The notes: a model not told the origin generated them from the sequence alone. Positions 18,357 to 29,360 are shown, numbered from the stretch's first letter. The stretch: 32,000 nucleotides of DNA from Aliivibrio fischeri ES114 (GCF_000011805.1 NC_006840.2); one strand, 5' to 3'. Program-made: numbers and translations.

Positions 18357-19301
18357 TTGTGCCGATCAAAATACCTGACCAACTCCCTGACAACTGAAGT
18401 ATTACGTGAAGAGAATATCTTTTTCATGCAGGAATCTCGTGCCACCACACAAGCGATTCGACCTCTTAAAGTCATTATTTTAAATTTAATGCCAAAAAAG
18501 ATTGAGACAGAAACTCAATTTTTACGCCTACTATCTAATAGCCCATTACAAGTGGATGTAGAGCTATTACGTATTGATAATCGCACTAGTAAAAATACAC
18601 CAACCGAGCATTTAGATACTTTTTATCGTCAGTTTGAAGGCATTAAAGATCGTAACTTTGATGGCCTAATCATAACAGGTGCACCACTAGGATTAGTGCA
18701 GTTTGAAGATGTTATTTATTGGGATCATCTACAAACCATCATGACATGGGCAAAAGATCACGTCACTTCTAGCTTATATGTATGCTGGGCAGCACAAGCT
18801 GGTTTAAAGCTACTTTATGATTTGCCAAAACGAACACGTAAAGAAAAGCTTTCTGGGGTTTATAAACATACTAACCTTAACCAACACCATCCTATTTTGC
18901 GTGGCTTTGATGATCAATTTTTAGCACCTCATTCTCGTTACGCTGATTTCTCTGCTGATTACTTAAAATCGCATACCGATTTAGATATTCTTGCTACCTC
19001 CAAAGAAGCCGGTGTCTATTTGGCTGCAACCAAAGATAAGCGAAATGTCTTTGTCACTGGTCATCCAGAATATGATTCATTCACATTACATAATGAATAC
19101 GTTAGAGACTTGGGGGAAGGAATGGAGCCAACGATTCCTGTTAATTACTATCCTGACGACAACCCAGATATCACGCCTAAAGCAACATGGCGTAGTCATG
19201 GCCACTTGCTCTTTTCTAATTGGCTCAACTACTGTGTTTACCAACAAACACCGTATGATCTTGAGCATTTCTCAGAGCAAAATTTCACAAGAGATGAGTA
19301 A
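18357..19301 (+). CDS. metA: Homoserine O-succinyltransferase, with apparently frameshifted N-terminus
   Basis: MetA signatures ([55 protein letters not shown]). Canonical start GTG CCG ATC AAA ATA CCT (18359) is in a different frame; see findings. Confidence 0.9.
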   Translation: MCRSKYLTNSLTTEVLREENIFFMQESRATTQAIRPLKVIILNLMPKKIETETQFLRLLSNSPLQVDVELLRIDNRTSKNTPTEHLDTFYRQFEGIKDRNFDGLIITGAPLGLVQFEDVIYWDHLQTIMTWAKDHVTSSLYVCWAAQAGLKLLYDLPKRTRKEKLSGVYKHTNLNQHHPILRGFDDQFLAPHSRYADFSADYLKSHTDLDILATSKEAGVYLAATKDKRNVFVTGHPEYDSFTLHNEYVRDLGEGMEPTIPVNYYPDDNPDITPKATWRSHGHLLFSNWLNYCVYQQTPYDLEHFSEQNFTRDE

Positions 19302-19565
19302 CCTTAACTCATTTTGATTAGCGGGTATTATTCTTCATAAATACCCGCTATAAGCACAAAACCACCACCACAATCTGATAAATAGAGCACATTTTGTCCT
19401 TTTTTGATAAAAAATGAGCTTTGGTTTAATTCAGATCAACCCTGCATCTATTTATAAAATCAACAACAACCTAAATGAGAACAAGCTCAATAAAACCCTA
19501 TGAAATGCAAGGTATTAATAGCCTTAGTTGATTTTAATTATAATTGCGTTAACGCAGGTGGTTGT

Positions 19566-20895
19566 ATGTTGTATTTTGAATTTCTCTTTTTATTACTCGT
19601 TCTCTATATCGGTTCTCGATATGGAGGAATTGGATTAGGGGTTGTATCTGGTATTGGTTTGGTGATTGAAGTATTCATCTTCAAAATGCCACCGACCTCT
19701 CCGCCCGTTACGGTAATGCTGATCATCTTGGCGGTTGTTACCTGTGCTTCTATATTAGAAGCTGCCGGTGGTTTAAAGTACATGCTGCAAGTTGCTGAGC
19801 GGATTTTAAGAAAGAATCCAAAACGCGTCACCATCATTGCTCCATTTGTTACTTATGCGATGACATTCTTACTTGGTACGGGTCATGCTGTTTATTCAAT
19901 TATGCCTATCATTGGTGATGTTGCATTAAAGAATGGTATTCGTCCTGAGCGTCCTATGGCTGCCGCATCTGTTGCGTCTCAAATCGCAATTACTGCTTCA
20001 CCATTATCTGCCGCAGTTGTGTATTACCTAGCTCAACTGGTTGATATTGATGCTTCTATTACATTAATGTCGATTTTAATGGTTACTGTACCTGCAACGT
20101 TATTCGGTACTTTAATGCTGTCTCTTTATAGCTTACGTCGCGGTAAAGAATTGGAAGATGATGAAGAGTATCAAGCACGTTTACAAGATCCGGTTTGGCG
20201 TGAAAAAATCCTAAATACAACATCAACATCTCTTGATGAAGAGCTACCAACAACAGCTCGTAATGCTGTTCTGATCTTCTTAGGTGCCATCGTTTCTATC
20301 GTGATTATAGCGATGTGGCCAGAAGTGCGCACCATTACTGATGGCGGTGCACCAATCAAAATGTCTGTTGTAATTCAAATGATGATGTTGGCTTTTGGTG
20401 GTGTGATTTTACTTGCAACGAAAACCGATCCTCGTGATGTTCCAAATGGCGTTGTGTTTAAATCAGGAATGGTGGCGGCAATTGCTATTTTTGGTATCGC
20501 ATGGATGTCAGATACCTATTTCCAATATGCCATGCCTCAATTTAGAGCCGGTATTGTAGATATGGTAACGCTTCACCCTTGGACATTCGCTTTATCACTA
20601 TTTATTGTATCTGTTGTGGTTAACTCACAAGCGGCAACAGCTCGTATGATGCTACCAGTTGGTTTAGCTCTGGGTTTAGAGCCTGCACTGGTTATTGGTT
20701 TAATGCCAGCAGTATATGGATACTTCTTTATTCCTAACTACCCATCAGATATTGCAACCGTAAACTTTGATAGCTCGGGTACAACTAAAAAATGGTAAGT
20801 ACTACTTTAACCACTCATTCATGTCAGTCGGTTTAATCGGCGTGGTTTCAGCCTGTATTCTTGGCTATGTCTTAGGCCAAATTGTGATTGGTTAA
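19566..20895 (+). CDS. Anaerobic C4-dicarboxylate transporter (DcuA/DcuB family), C-terminus apparently frameshifted
   Basis: LLGTGHAVYSIMPIIGDVALKNGIRPERPMAAASVASQIAITASPLSAAVVYY; PNYPSDIATVNFDSSGTTK. The ORF as given stops at 20798; family C-terminus continues in another frame to TAA 20893-20895. Confidence 0.88.
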
Positions 20896-20918
20896 TTCCA
20901 CTAATCAATACAAAAAAA

Positions 20919-20944
20919 GCCCATGCAAATACCATTGCATGGGC
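20919..20944. terminator. Bidirectional Rho-independent terminator
   Basis: GCCCATGCAA-taccat-TTGCATGGGC hairpin with A-run and T-run. Confidence 0.9.
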
Positions 20945-20967
20945 TTTTATTTTCAATAAACGATGTT

Positions 20968-22182
20968 TTACATTGCTAAGCTAAAGAATAAACCAGCTAA
21001 ACATGCACTCATTAAGTTAGCTAATGTACCCGCTAATACTGCTTTAAAGCCCATGTTTGCAACGTCAGCACGACGTTCTGGAGCCATCACACCAATAGAG
21101 CCTAATTGCACAGCGATTGAACTGATGTTTGCAAAACCACACAGTGCAAAAGTAATAATTACTTGGCTGTATGCTGATAACTGATCTTTATGTTGAACAA
21201 AGTCGATAAATGCAACGAATTCATTAAGAACCACTTTTTGGCCAATGTAAGAACCAGCCATTACCATTTCAGCTTTTGGAATACCAATAACCCATGCGAT
21301 TGGAGCAAATAAGTAACCAAATACGGTTTGCAGTGTAATGCCAGCAAAACCAAACCACTCAGCAACCATTTCTAATCCGCTGTTAAGCATTGCAATAACA
21401 CTCACAAAGGCAATCAACATCGTACCTACAGCAACCGCAATCTTCATACCATTCATTGCACCACTTGCAAGAGCATCAATTACGTTGCTTTGCTCACTTT
21501 TATCAATGGTCACATCATGTTGGTCAACAGGGGTTTCTTGCTCAGGAATTAAAATCTTAGCCATTAATAAGCTACCAGGAGCCGCCATAAAACTTGCAGC
21601 AATCAGATACTTAAGTTCCACACCTAAACCGGCATAACCACCCAGTACGCTACCAGCAACCGATGCCATACCACCAGCCATTACAGCGAACAGTTCAGAA
21701 CGAGTCATTTGAGCTAAGAATGGGCGAATAAGAAGAGGAGATTCACCTTGAGAAAGGAAGATGTTACCTGTTGCGACGAGAGATTCTACTTTGCTGGTGC
21801 CTAAGAATTTTTGAATTCCGCCACCAAGAACAGAAATCACTTTTTGCATAATACCTAGATAATATAGAGCGGAGATTAGAGCACTGAAGAAAATAATAAT
21901 AGGAAGGACGCGAATAGCAAAAATAAAACCAGAAGAAGCAAGATCACCAAAGAGGAATGCTATCCCTTCATCGGCAAAACCAAGTAAGCTAGAAACACCA
22001 CTACTTAATCCCGCTAACGCTTTTTGCCCCAAAGGAAAATACAATACTAAAGCAGCAAAAGAGAGTTGTAATAAAAAGGCTTTAAATACTAATTTCCAGT
22101 TAATTGCTGAACGCTTCTCTGAAAATACCCAAGCACAAAAAATCAGTGCGCACATGCCTAATAGGCTAAATAAAATATTCAT
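20968..22182 (-). CDS. nupC: NupC-type concentrative nucleoside transporter
   Basis: 404 aa: GESPLLIRPFLAQMTRSELFAVMAGGMASVAGSVLGGYAGLG and LCGFANISSIAVQLGSIGVMAPERR are CNT-family signatures. Confidence 0.9.
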   Translation of the reverse strand: MNILFSLLGMCALIFCAWVFSEKRSAINWKLVFKAFLLQLSFAALVLYFPLGQKALAGLSSGVSSLLGFADEGIAFLFGDLASSGFIFAIRVLPIIIFFSALISALYYLGIMQKVISVLGGGIQKFLGTSKVESLVATGNIFLSQGESPLLIRPFLAQMTRSELFAVMAGGMASVAGSVLGGYAGLGVELKYLIAASFMAAPGSLLMAKILIPEQETPVDQHDVTIDKSEQSNVIDALASGAMNGMKIAVAVGTMLIAFVSVIAMLNSGLEMVAEWFGFAGITLQTVFGYLFAPIAWVIGIPKAEMVMAGSYIGQKVVLNEFVAFIDFVQHKDQLSAYSQVIITFALCGFANISSIAVQLGSIGVMAPERRADVANMGFKAVLAGTLANLMSACLAGLFFSLAM

Positions 22183-22190
22183 AATTATGC

Positions 22191-22304
22191 CTATGAGATT
22201 TTAGAATAAAATGAAGAAACAAAAGGAGCCGCCATCGTAGATGACGAGATCGGTGAAGAATGACTACACCAAGAGGAAGTTATAATAGAAATAAAGATAT
22301 TCAT
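22191..22304 (-). CDS. Candidate 37-aa upstream ORF in the nupC leader (MNIFISIITSSWCSHSSPISSSTMAAPFVSSFYSKIS)
   Basis: ATG preceded by AAAGGGTAAACA (strong SD). TAG stop lies 8 nt before nupC ATG. Confidence 0.45.
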   Translation of the reverse strand: MNIFISIITSSWCSHSSPISSSTMAAPFVSSFYSKIS

Positions 22305-22315
22305 TGTTTACCCTT

Positions 22316-22384
22316 TACAAGCTGTTTAACAGTAGCTGGTCCTAATCCTTGGGGTCATTCACTGTATCCCTGTGACGGCTTGTA
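22316..22384 (-). ncRNA. Candidate structured 5' leader element of nupC
   Basis: GC-richer patch in AT-rich intergenic DNA, closed by TACAAGC/GCTTGTA (7 bp); internal TCAC...GTGA and CTGTT...AACAG stems. Confidence 0.35.
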
Positions 22385-22429
22385 TTGGGAGAAGGAGTAT
22401 ACATATAGATGATTTAAAATCACGAAATA

Positions 22430-22445
22430 TGTGACATAAATCACC
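22430..22445. promoter_or_regulatory. CRP binding site for the nupC promoter
   Basis: TGTGA-CATAAA-TCACC (9/10 of TGTGA-N6-TCACA). Class II spacing to a TATATG -10 (22407-22402, minus) is plausible. Confidence 0.6.
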
Positions 22446-22569
22446 AAATTTTACTTATTTGAAAAAACAGAAGCATCTATTTACTACAAACAAATAAATT
22501 ATTTTTCTCTACAGTATCCAAAAATACACATAATCAACTAAATTAATACAATAAGATAAAGGAAATATT

Positions 22570-23133
22570 ATGGCGAGTATTGATCATATCGAAAAACTGG
22601 ATGCGCTAGATAAGCTGAGTGTGGTGACATATCGTACAGGGATTACCCTTTTTGGTATCGCACTTATCCTTTTTAGTCTTGCGATAGCTGATGATATTGG
22701 ATTGATCATTATAGAAAACGTTCACTTAATGGATTTTTCATTAACTTTAATCGCAGTATCATCTGCGATGAGTGCGGCTAATCTTCATGTTTATGATAAA
22801 ACAGTAAGGCTGATTATTACTTGGGCTGCGTGGATAGGCTTAGTTTTACTCATCACTATTGATAGTGAACAACTAGTTTGGCTTCCTATTGGGTTTCTCT
22901 GTGTTTGCTTCTCAGGCATTGCTCTGAAAGAATCCTTTTGTTTTAAGGTTATTGGTCTAAAAGCCATCCCTTTTCTATTGTGCATATCCATTTTAATGTT
23001 GGCTATCGAAGTATGGTTAATCGCTATTATTTGCTTATTTCTATCTGGAATTATCTTCATTTTTCTTGCTATTCAAAAATGGAAAATGCCCCTTCATTTT
23101 GATATCGGCAACAAAGCAAATTACCAGATTTAA
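22570..23133 (+). CDS. Integral membrane protein of unknown function, possibly DUF2301 family
   Basis: 187 aa multi-TM; SD AAGGAAA; ANLHVYDKTVR and ALKESFCFKVIGLKAIPFLL segments. Confidence 0.8.
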   Translation: MASIDHIEKLDALDKLSVVTYRTGITLFGIALILFSLAIADDIGLIIIENVHLMDFSLTLIAVSSAMSAANLHVYDKTVRLIITWAAWIGLVLLITIDSEQLVWLPIGFLCVCFSGIALKESFCFKVIGLKAIPFLLCISILMLAIEVWLIAIICLFLSGIIFIFLAIQKWKMPLHFDIGNKANYQI

Positions 23134-23210
23134 TCTAACATTAACCATCGATTACCATACAAAGCGAAATTACGCCTCTCTCATTCATATCTAAAAGGTT
23201 TATATCAATA

Positions 23211-23241
23211 AAAAGAGCTCTAGATAAACTAGAGCTCTTTT
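23211..23241. terminator. Bidirectional Rho-independent terminator
   Basis: AAAAGAGCTCTA-gataaac-TAGAGCTCTTTT, 12-bp stem. Confidence 0.9.
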
Positions 23242-23270
23242 ACTAACTAAAACGGATATTAAAAAGTGAG

Positions 23271-24236
23271 TTAGTATTCTTCAACTGCAAATAATGTTTC
23301 CATATTCAAGCCTTGATTCGTCATGATCTCTCTTAAACGACGTAAGCCTTCTACTTGTATCTGTCTTACACGTTCACGAGTCAAACCAATTTCAATACCA
23401 ACTTGTTCTAATGTTGCAGCTTCATAACCAAGTAAACCAAAACGACGGGCAACAACTTCTTTTTGTTTAGGGTTTAATTGACCTAACCAGCCCACCAATG
23501 ACGTATTAATATCATCCTTTTGTGTTTCTGACTCTGGGTCACTATTTTTAGTATCAGGAAGGATATCTAATAACGCTTTATCTGATTCACCAGCCACCAT
23601 AGAGTCGACTGAAGCGACACGCTCATTTAAACGTAGCATTCGACTAACATCGCTCACTGGCTTATCGAGCTTTTCAGCTATTTCTTCTGGTGTTGGTTCA
23701 TGATCAAGCTTTTGAGAGAGTTCACGAGCTGCACGCAAATAAACGTTAAGCTCTTTTACAACATGAATAGGTAAACGAATGGTACGCGTTTGGTTCATAA
23801 TGGCACGTTCAATGGTTTGACGTATCCACCATGTGGCGTAAGTAGAGAATCGGAAGCCTCTTTCTGGATCAAACTTTTCAACGGCTCGGATCAGGCCAAG
23901 ATTTCCCTCTTCAACCAAATCCAATAAAGCAAGACCACGGTGATTATAACGACGAGCAATTTTCACAACCAATCGAAGGTTACTCTCAATCATTCGAGCT
24001 CGAGCGGCTTCATCACCTTTTAAGGCTAAGCGACTAAAATAAACTTCTTCTTCTGCTGTTAGTAGTGGAGAAAAGCCAATTTCACCAAGATACAGTTGCG
24101 TTGCATCCATAACTTTCTGTGAACTGCTTACTTCAAGACGTTCAGACTCTTCTTCAATACTGGTTAATTCAGCATCATTAATTGTGTCTAAATCGAACTC
24201 TTCAACTTCTTTAGTTACTGCATTGCTTTTACTCAT
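23271..24236 (-). CDS. rpoS: RNA polymerase sigma factor RpoS
   Basis: 321 aa; region 2 [48 protein letters not shown]; nlpD neighbour. Confidence 0.97.
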   Translation of the reverse strand: MSKSNAVTKEVEEFDLDTINDAELTSIEEESERLEVSSSQKVMDATQLYLGEIGFSPLLTAEEEVYFSRLALKGDEAARARMIESNLRLVVKIARRYNHRGLALLDLVEEGNLGLIRAVEKFDPERGFRFSTYATWWIRQTIERAIMNQTRTIRLPIHVVKELNVYLRAARELSQKLDHEPTPEEIAEKLDKPVSDVSRMLRLNERVASVDSMVAGESDKALLDILPDTKNSDPESETQKDDINTSLVGWLGQLNPKQKEVVARRFGLLGYEAATLEQVGIEIGLTRERVRQIQVEGLRRLREIMTNQGLNMETLFAVEEY

Positions 24237-24290
24237 AGCGCCTCCCCATGGCGAGCCAGCAAGACATTACAACTCAGCTATGTCATCCTT

Positions 24291-25289
24291 TTATGGTAAA
24301 TACCTCTGTGGATTTACCGATTTCCCTCTAAAGCGGATCTCAAAATGCAAACGTACACTGCTCGTACTAGAGCTTCCCATCGACGCGATTTTTTGTCCCG
24401 CTGTGACGTTTTGGCCTTCTTTCACAAATAATGCTTCGTTATGAGCATAAGCACTTAAGTAATCATCGTTATGTTTAATGATAATTAAGTTACCGTACCC
24501 TCTTAATGCATTACCTGCATAGACCACAGTTCCTTTTGCTGTTGAGATGATATCTTGACCACGCTGGCCTGCAATATCGATCCCTTTGTTTCCTTGGTCT
24601 CCTGTAGAGAATTTAGCGATGATTCGACCTTTTGTTGGCCATAACCAAGAATCCACCTTGTCCGATTTTTGTTGTACTGGTTTCGGCTTCGGTTTAGGAG
24701 TTGGTTTTGGCTTAGCAACCGGTTTAGGTTTCGAAGATGTTATCGTTTTGTTAGAATTAACATACTCCTTAGGTTTGCTGTTTTCAACCTTTTTTGTGCT
24801 TTCTTTTTGTACACTTGATGTTTTTTTAGCACTCGTTGTGGTTGGTTTTGGCTTAGGAGCAGGCTTATTTGTTGCGACAGGAACAACGGCAACCGCTGTC
24901 GCCGTCGAGCTTGAAGACGAATTAGATGGTGTGACTGAATGACCGTCACTGCCATAAGCAGGAGCAATATATTTAGGCCCCCACAATTTTATTTTTTGGC
25001 CAGGATGAATCATATAAGGCGCTTTAAGCTCGTTATATGCAATGAGCTCTTTTACGTCTTTATTTGTAACATAAGAGATAAAATAAAGAGTATCACCTTT
25101 CTCTACGGTGTAATAACTGCCGCGATAACTGCCTCGCTCGGCTCCGTTATATGCCGAACTAGAGCTATTAACACTCGACACTGGTGCAGGGCGATGTGGT
25201 CCCATAGAACAACCAGAAAGTAATAAGCTAACAACAGCAGCCATTAACCATAAGCGTATAGAAATAAGGTTGATAATCATTTTTCTCAT
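24291..25289 (-). CDS. nlpD: Lipoprotein NlpD: LysM plus M23 (LytM) domain
   Basis: Lipobox LLLSGCSM; LysM YTVEKGDTLYFISYVTNKDVKELIAYNEL; C-terminal degenerate M23 domain. Confidence 0.95.
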   Translation of the reverse strand: MRKMIINLISIRLWLMAAVVSLLLSGCSMGPHRPAPVSSVNSSSSAYNGAERGSYRGSYYTVEKGDTLYFISYVTNKDVKELIAYNELKAPYMIHPGQKIKLWGPKYIAPAYGSDGHSVTPSNSSSSSTATAVAVVPVATNKPAPKPKPTTTSAKKTSSVQKESTKKVENSKPKEYVNSNKTITSSKPKPVAKPKPTPKPKPKPVQQKSDKVDSWLWPTKGRIIAKFSTGDQGNKGIDIAGQRGQDIISTAKGTVVYAGNALRGYGNLIIIKHNDDYLSAYAHNEALFVKEGQNVTAGQKIASMGSSSTSSVRLHFEIRFRGKSVNPQRYLP

Positions 25290-25293
25290 TATA

Positions 25294-25920
25294 TTATGCT
25301 AATTCACCCGCAACTAAAGGCACAAAACGAACCTCTTCAATCACTTCAGAGAAAAATTCCTCTCCCTGACGAGTAATTCGTAATAACTGCTGTGACTCTT
25401 CCCCTATAGGGATCACTAAATGTCCATTATCTTTTAATTGAAATAACAAGTCATTCGGAATAGATTCCGCTGCTGCAGTAACAATGATGGCATCAAATGG
25501 AGCTTTTGACTCCCATCCCTTCCAGCCATCACCATGCTTTGTTGAGACATTATATATATCCAATTGTTTCAACAATCGTTTCGCATTCCATTGTAACGAT
25601 TTTATACGCTCAATAGAGTTAACATGCTCAACTAATTTAGCCAATACAGCCGTTTGATAACCAGAGCCTGTCCCCACTTCAAGTACATTTGATGTAGGTG
25701 TTAGCTCTAATAATTCAGTCATTTTCGCTACAATATAAGGCTGTGAGATCGTTTGACCCTCACCAATAGGAAGTGCGTTATTTTGATAAGCTTGATGTGA
25801 TAAAGCTTCTGGGATAAAACGCTCTCTTGGTAATTCTCGAATAGCCGCTAAAATAGCTTCGTCTCTAATGCCTTGTTGGCGCAAAAATTGATCTAGTAAT
25901 TCAGAACGCGAATTAAGCAT
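25294..25920 (-). CDS. pcm: Protein-L-isoaspartate O-methyltransferase
   Basis: 208 aa; [39 protein letters not shown]. Confidence 0.96.
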   Translation of the reverse strand: MLNSRSELLDQFLRQQGIRDEAILAAIRELPRERFIPEALSHQAYQNNALPIGEGQTISQPYIVAKMTELLELTPTSNVLEVGTGSGYQTAVLAKLVEHVNSIERIKSLQWNAKRLLKQLDIYNVSTKHGDGWKGWESKAPFDAIIVTAAAESIPNDLLFQLKDNGHLVIPIGEESQQLLRITRQGEEFFSEVIEEVRFVPLVAGELA

Positions 25921-26681
25921 TATTTAGAACTCTCTAATGATAACCAATCAGTAATCATACCTAATGAATCATGAGCCGTTAAATCGACTTGTAATGGTGT
26001 TATTGATACTCGGTGCTGCTTTACAACAAAGAAGTCCGTTCCCTCACCTGCATCTTGTTTTTTGCCTGGAGGACCTAACCAATAGATGGTCTCACCACGA
26101 GGATCAGTATCTTTAATCATGCTCTCTGCATGATGCCTTGCACCAAGTCGTGTCACTTCCCAGCCCATTAATTGCTCATACTCACAATCTGGCACATTCA
26201 CATTTAATACTTTTTGTGTGGTTAGTGGGGAAACTAAATGGTTCTTAACTATTTTTAATGCTACTTGAGCTGCCGTATCAAAATGCTCGCGTCCAACCAG
26301 AGAGATTGCAATGGCAGGCAAACCTAAAAAGTGCCCTTCAGTAGCAGCCGCGACGGTACCTGAGTACAAGGTATCATCACCTAAATTTGCTCCATGATTG
26401 ATACCTGCAATAATCAAATCAGGCAAGTTATCTTTCATTAATTCATTCAATGCAAAGTGAACACAATCGGTTGGTGTCCCTTGCACTGAATGAATGTGTT
26501 CATCAATTTGACGAACACGTAATGGGGATTCAAGAGTTAAAGAATTTGATGCACCAGAACGATTACGATCAGGGGCTACTATCGTAATATCGGCAATATC
26601 AGCTAATACACGAGCTAACGTATTTATCCCTTCAGCAAATACACCATCATCGTTACTAAGCAAAATGCGTAACTTCTTCAC
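25920..26681 (-). CDS. surE: 5'/3'-nucleotidase SurE
   Basis: [26 protein letters not shown]. Likely start GTG at 26681 (preceded by GGAG), or ATG at 26693; the track start at 26753 lies inside truD. Confidence 0.93.
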   Translation of the reverse strand: MKKLRILLSNDDGVFAEGINTLARVLADIADITIVAPDRNRSGASNSLTLESPLRVRQIDEHIHSVQGTPTDCVHFALNELMKDNLPDLIIAGINHGANLGDDTLYSGTVAAATEGHFLGLPAIAISLVGREHFDTAAQVALKIVKNHLVSPLTTQKVLNVNVPDCEYEQLMGWEVTRLGARHHAESMIKDTDPRGETIYWLGPPGKKQDAGEGTDFFVVKQHRVSITPLQVDLTAHDSLGMITDWLSLESSK

Positions 26682-26700
26682 TCTTGTCTCCATATTAATA

Positions 26701-27744
26701 TTAATCGTTTGAGCTATAAGTACGCTCAACTTCAATTTCTTGTAGCAATTCACGTACGATTACCGTAGCAAAACTGCCTGAAGTTAATGAGAAGTTTAGC
26801 GTTAGCGTATCGCCTTCAGCTGACCATGTTAGGTTTTCAGGATGAAGCTCAATCGCACGACGTTCATGACGCATACGGTTACCACGAATTAACGCCATTA
26901 AATCAGGTTCAGCATCTAAATGAGGTTGTTCTAATGTCAGAGCTGTGCCTGTTGTTGGTAATTGATTATCTCCAGCCAATGCTGCTGTAATAGATAATTC
27001 ACCATTTTGAATCTTTTGAATGCTCTCTTCAGACGTTACATTCTCATTTACGATACGATCATTGCGATCAAGTAGAATATCACCATCAACAGGTTGAGAG
27101 AAGTAACCCTCTGTTATTCTTTGAGAAACAATGTGGTTAAAAATCCAAGAACGAGCTGCTGATAAATAAAAACTACGCTTGCTGTTATCACGAGTACGAA
27201 CATTATCTCGTCCCCAACGACGAGCTTCGTTAACGTTATTACCTTCATGTCCGAAACGTTGCGAACCAAAATAATTAGGAACACCTGCTAATTTTACTTT
27301 TTCTAGACGCGCTAACACATCGTCAATATCGGTGACTTCCGTTGCAATAACTTGGAACTGATTACCTTGTAAATCACCAGGACGTAACTTTTTGTTATGA
27401 CGAGTGACTTCTAAAATTTCAACACCGGGATGTGTTGCTTCAAATTTAGCAAAGTTTAATTCATCACTGTTAGCAACTTGAACACTTAACCATTGCTCTG
27501 TCACGGCATGGCGATCTTTCAACCCAGCCCAACTAACATTTTTAGATTTAACACCACAGAATTTTGCCAATTCATTAGCAACATATTTGGTATTTTCACC
27601 CGTTTTACGGATTTTAACCATTAAGTGTTCACCATTACCAGTGAACTCAAAACCTAAGATCTCTTTTACAATAAAGTGCTCAGGAAGTTGTTTTAATTTA
27701 CCTGTTGCTACTGGCTTTCCGTATAACCACGAAAAATTAGACAT
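26701..27744 (-). CDS. truD: tRNA pseudouridine(13) synthase TruD
   Basis: [38 protein letters not shown]. Start probably [11 protein letters not shown] (27744). Confidence 0.95.
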   Translation of the reverse strand: MSNFSWLYGKPVATGKLKQLPEHFIVKEILGFEFTGNGEHLMVKIRKTGENTKYVANELAKFCGVKSKNVSWAGLKDRHAVTEQWLSVQVANSDELNFAKFEATHPGVEILEVTRHNKKLRPGDLQGNQFQVIATEVTDIDDVLARLEKVKLAGVPNYFGSQRFGHEGNNVNEARRWGRDNVRTRDNSKRSFYLSAARSWIFNHIVSQRITEGYFSQPVDGDILLDRNDRIVNENVTSEESIQKIQNGELSITAALAGDNQLPTTGTALTLEQPHLDAEPDLMALIRGNRMRHERRAIELHPENLTWSAEGDTLTLNFSLTSGSFATVIVRELLQEIEVERTYSSND

Positions 27745-27767
27745 GATGTCTGACATAAATCTATCTC

Positions 27768-28244
27768 TTAAGATGCTTTAACTAACAGCACTACTGCTTC
27801 ACAAGCAATGCCTTCTTTTCTACCGGTAAAACCCAAACGCTCAGAAGTCGTGGCTTTTACATTAACGTTATCTAGCTCTGTTTCTAAATCTTCTGCAATT
27901 GCATTACACATCGCTTGAATATAAGGAGCCATTTTAGGCGCTTGAGCAATGATAGTGACATCAGCATTTCCCAATGCAAAACCTTTCTCTTTTACACGAC
28001 GATATACATCTCGCAGTAAAGCACGGCTATCCGCCCCTTTCCACTTATCATCAGTATCAGGGAAATGACGCCCAATATCACCTTCTGCAATAGCACCAAG
28101 TAGCGCATCACATAACGCATGCAAAGCAACATCACCATCTGAGTGAGCAATTAAGCCTTGTTCATAAGGAACGCTCACGCCACCAATAATGACTGGGCCT
28201 TCGCCGCCAAATTTATGTACATCAAACCCATGTCCAATTCTCAT
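27768..28244 (-). CDS. ispF: 2-C-methyl-D-erythritol 2,4-cyclodiphosphate synthase
   Basis: [49 protein letters not shown]. Confidence 0.97.
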   Translation of the reverse strand: MRIGHGFDVHKFGGEGPVIIGGVSVPYEQGLIAHSDGDVALHALCDALLGAIAEGDIGRHFPDTDDKWKGADSRALLRDVYRRVKEKGFALGNADVTIIAQAPKMAPYIQAMCNAIAEDLETELDNVNVKATTSERLGFTGRKEGIACEAVVLLVKAS

Positions 28245-28960
28245 TATTTGGTTTCCTTTTTCATTTTTTGAAGATAAAACTCAGCCAAATCGAGATCTTC
28301 TGGTTGGGTGATTTTTAAGTTATCGGCACGACCTTGAACCAGTTTAGGTTGATATCCCATTAACTCAATTGCTGAAGATTCATCAGTAATAGATAAATTT
28401 TGCTCTAACCCTGTTTGCAGGGCTGAGAACAACAACTCTGTTGTAAATAATTGTGGTGTTAACGCATGCCACAGCACGCTACGATCAATCGTTGTTTCAA
28501 TGCATTGTTCTTGAGTAGCATGTTTCATCGTATCTCGAACTGGCGATGCTAAGATGCCACCAATGTGTTCGGGGATCACTTCTGCAATTAATTTATCAAT
28601 GTCAGAATGGCGAATACAAGGGCGAGCAGCATCATGAACCATCACCCACTCACTTAATTGGTGCTCTTGAACGTACGATAGACCAGACAACACAGAATCC
28701 GCACGCTCTTTACCGCCAGAAACTCGAATCACTCGGCTATCATGAGCAAGAGTTAATTCTGGGAAATAAGGATCACCATCAGTAATAGCAACAACGACTT
28801 TATTAACTAAAGGGAAAGCTAATAACTGTTCGATGGTATGCTCTAAAACGGTTTTTCCATTTAATAATAGATACTGTTTAGGGCGATCGGCTTTCATTCG
28901 GCTTCCTACCCCTGCGGCAGGAACAATTGCAGTAATCGACAAAGGTGTAGTAAGAGTCAT
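28244..28960 (-). CDS. ispD: 2-C-methyl-D-erythritol 4-phosphate cytidylyltransferase
   Basis: [40 protein letters not shown]. Confidence 0.97.
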   Translation of the reverse strand: MTLTTPLSITAIVPAAGVGSRMKADRPKQYLLLNGKTVLEHTIEQLLAFPLVNKVVVAITDGDPYFPELTLAHDSRVIRVSGGKERADSVLSGLSYVQEHQLSEWVMVHDAARPCIRHSDIDKLIAEVIPEHIGGILASPVRDTMKHATQEQCIETTIDRSVLWHALTPQLFTTELLFSALQTGLEQNLSITDESSAIELMGYQPKLVQGRADNLKITQPEDLDLAEFYLQKMKKETK

Positions 28961-28963
28961 TAA

Positions 28964-29248
28964 TTACCCCTCACTATTTTCATCAATAATTCGATAAAAT
29001 GTTTCGCCTTTTTTTATCATTCCCAATTCATGACGAGCTCTTTCTTCAATAGCTTCAGAACCTTTTTTTAAGTCATCAATCTCAGCAAACATCTGCTCAT
29101 TACGATTACGTAAACCTTGATTAACTTCTTCTTGCAAAGCGACGTCATTTGATACTTGCGCATAATCGGACATTCCATTCTTTCCAAACCATAAGGTGTA
29201 TTGCAACCACCCTAAAGCAATCAATAAGAAAATGGCAAATGTACGCAT
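28964..29248 (-). CDS. ftsB: Cell division protein FtsB
   Basis: 94 aa; N-terminal TM plus coiled coil; [31 protein letters not shown]. Confidence 0.94.
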   Translation of the reverse strand: MRTFAIFLLIALGWLQYTLWFGKNGMSDYAQVSNDVALQEEVNQGLRNRNEQMFAEIDDLKKGSEAIEERARHELGMIKKGETFYRIIDENSEG

Positions 29249-29338
29249 AATGGCTCCGAAAATAGGAAATGATAAAAGAAAGCTAACTATATCAATCCAG
29301 CATTAGAACTTCACTAGCTGTCTGACAGAAATAAAAAA

Positions 29339-29360
29339 AACCGCCTCAAATGAGACGGTT
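29339..29360 (-). terminator. Rho-independent terminator downstream of eno
   Basis: AACCG-c-CTC-aaat-GAG-a-CGGTT with T8 on the minus strand. Confidence 0.8.

Noticed and set aside
18991-19317. 108-aa + strand ORF overlapping metA
   Set aside because: Out-of-frame shadow of the metA coding sequence.
19500-19565. N-terminal extension MKCKVLIALVDFNYNCVNAGGC of the Dcu-like protein
   Set aside because: The family N-terminus starts at MLYFEFLFLLL (19566), which has a better SD (CAGGTGG). The extension is probably untranslated promoter or leader.
24503-24967. ORFs overlapping nlpD on either strand (24503-24718, 24586-24942, 24740-24967)
   Set aside because: Shadow ORFs created by the Pro/Lys/Ser-rich linker repeats of NlpD.
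26682-26753. Extended surE start in the ORF track
   Set aside because: Lies within truD coding sequence; SurE family proteins begin at about (V/M)[12 protein letters not shown], with GGAG just upstream of the GTG at 26681.
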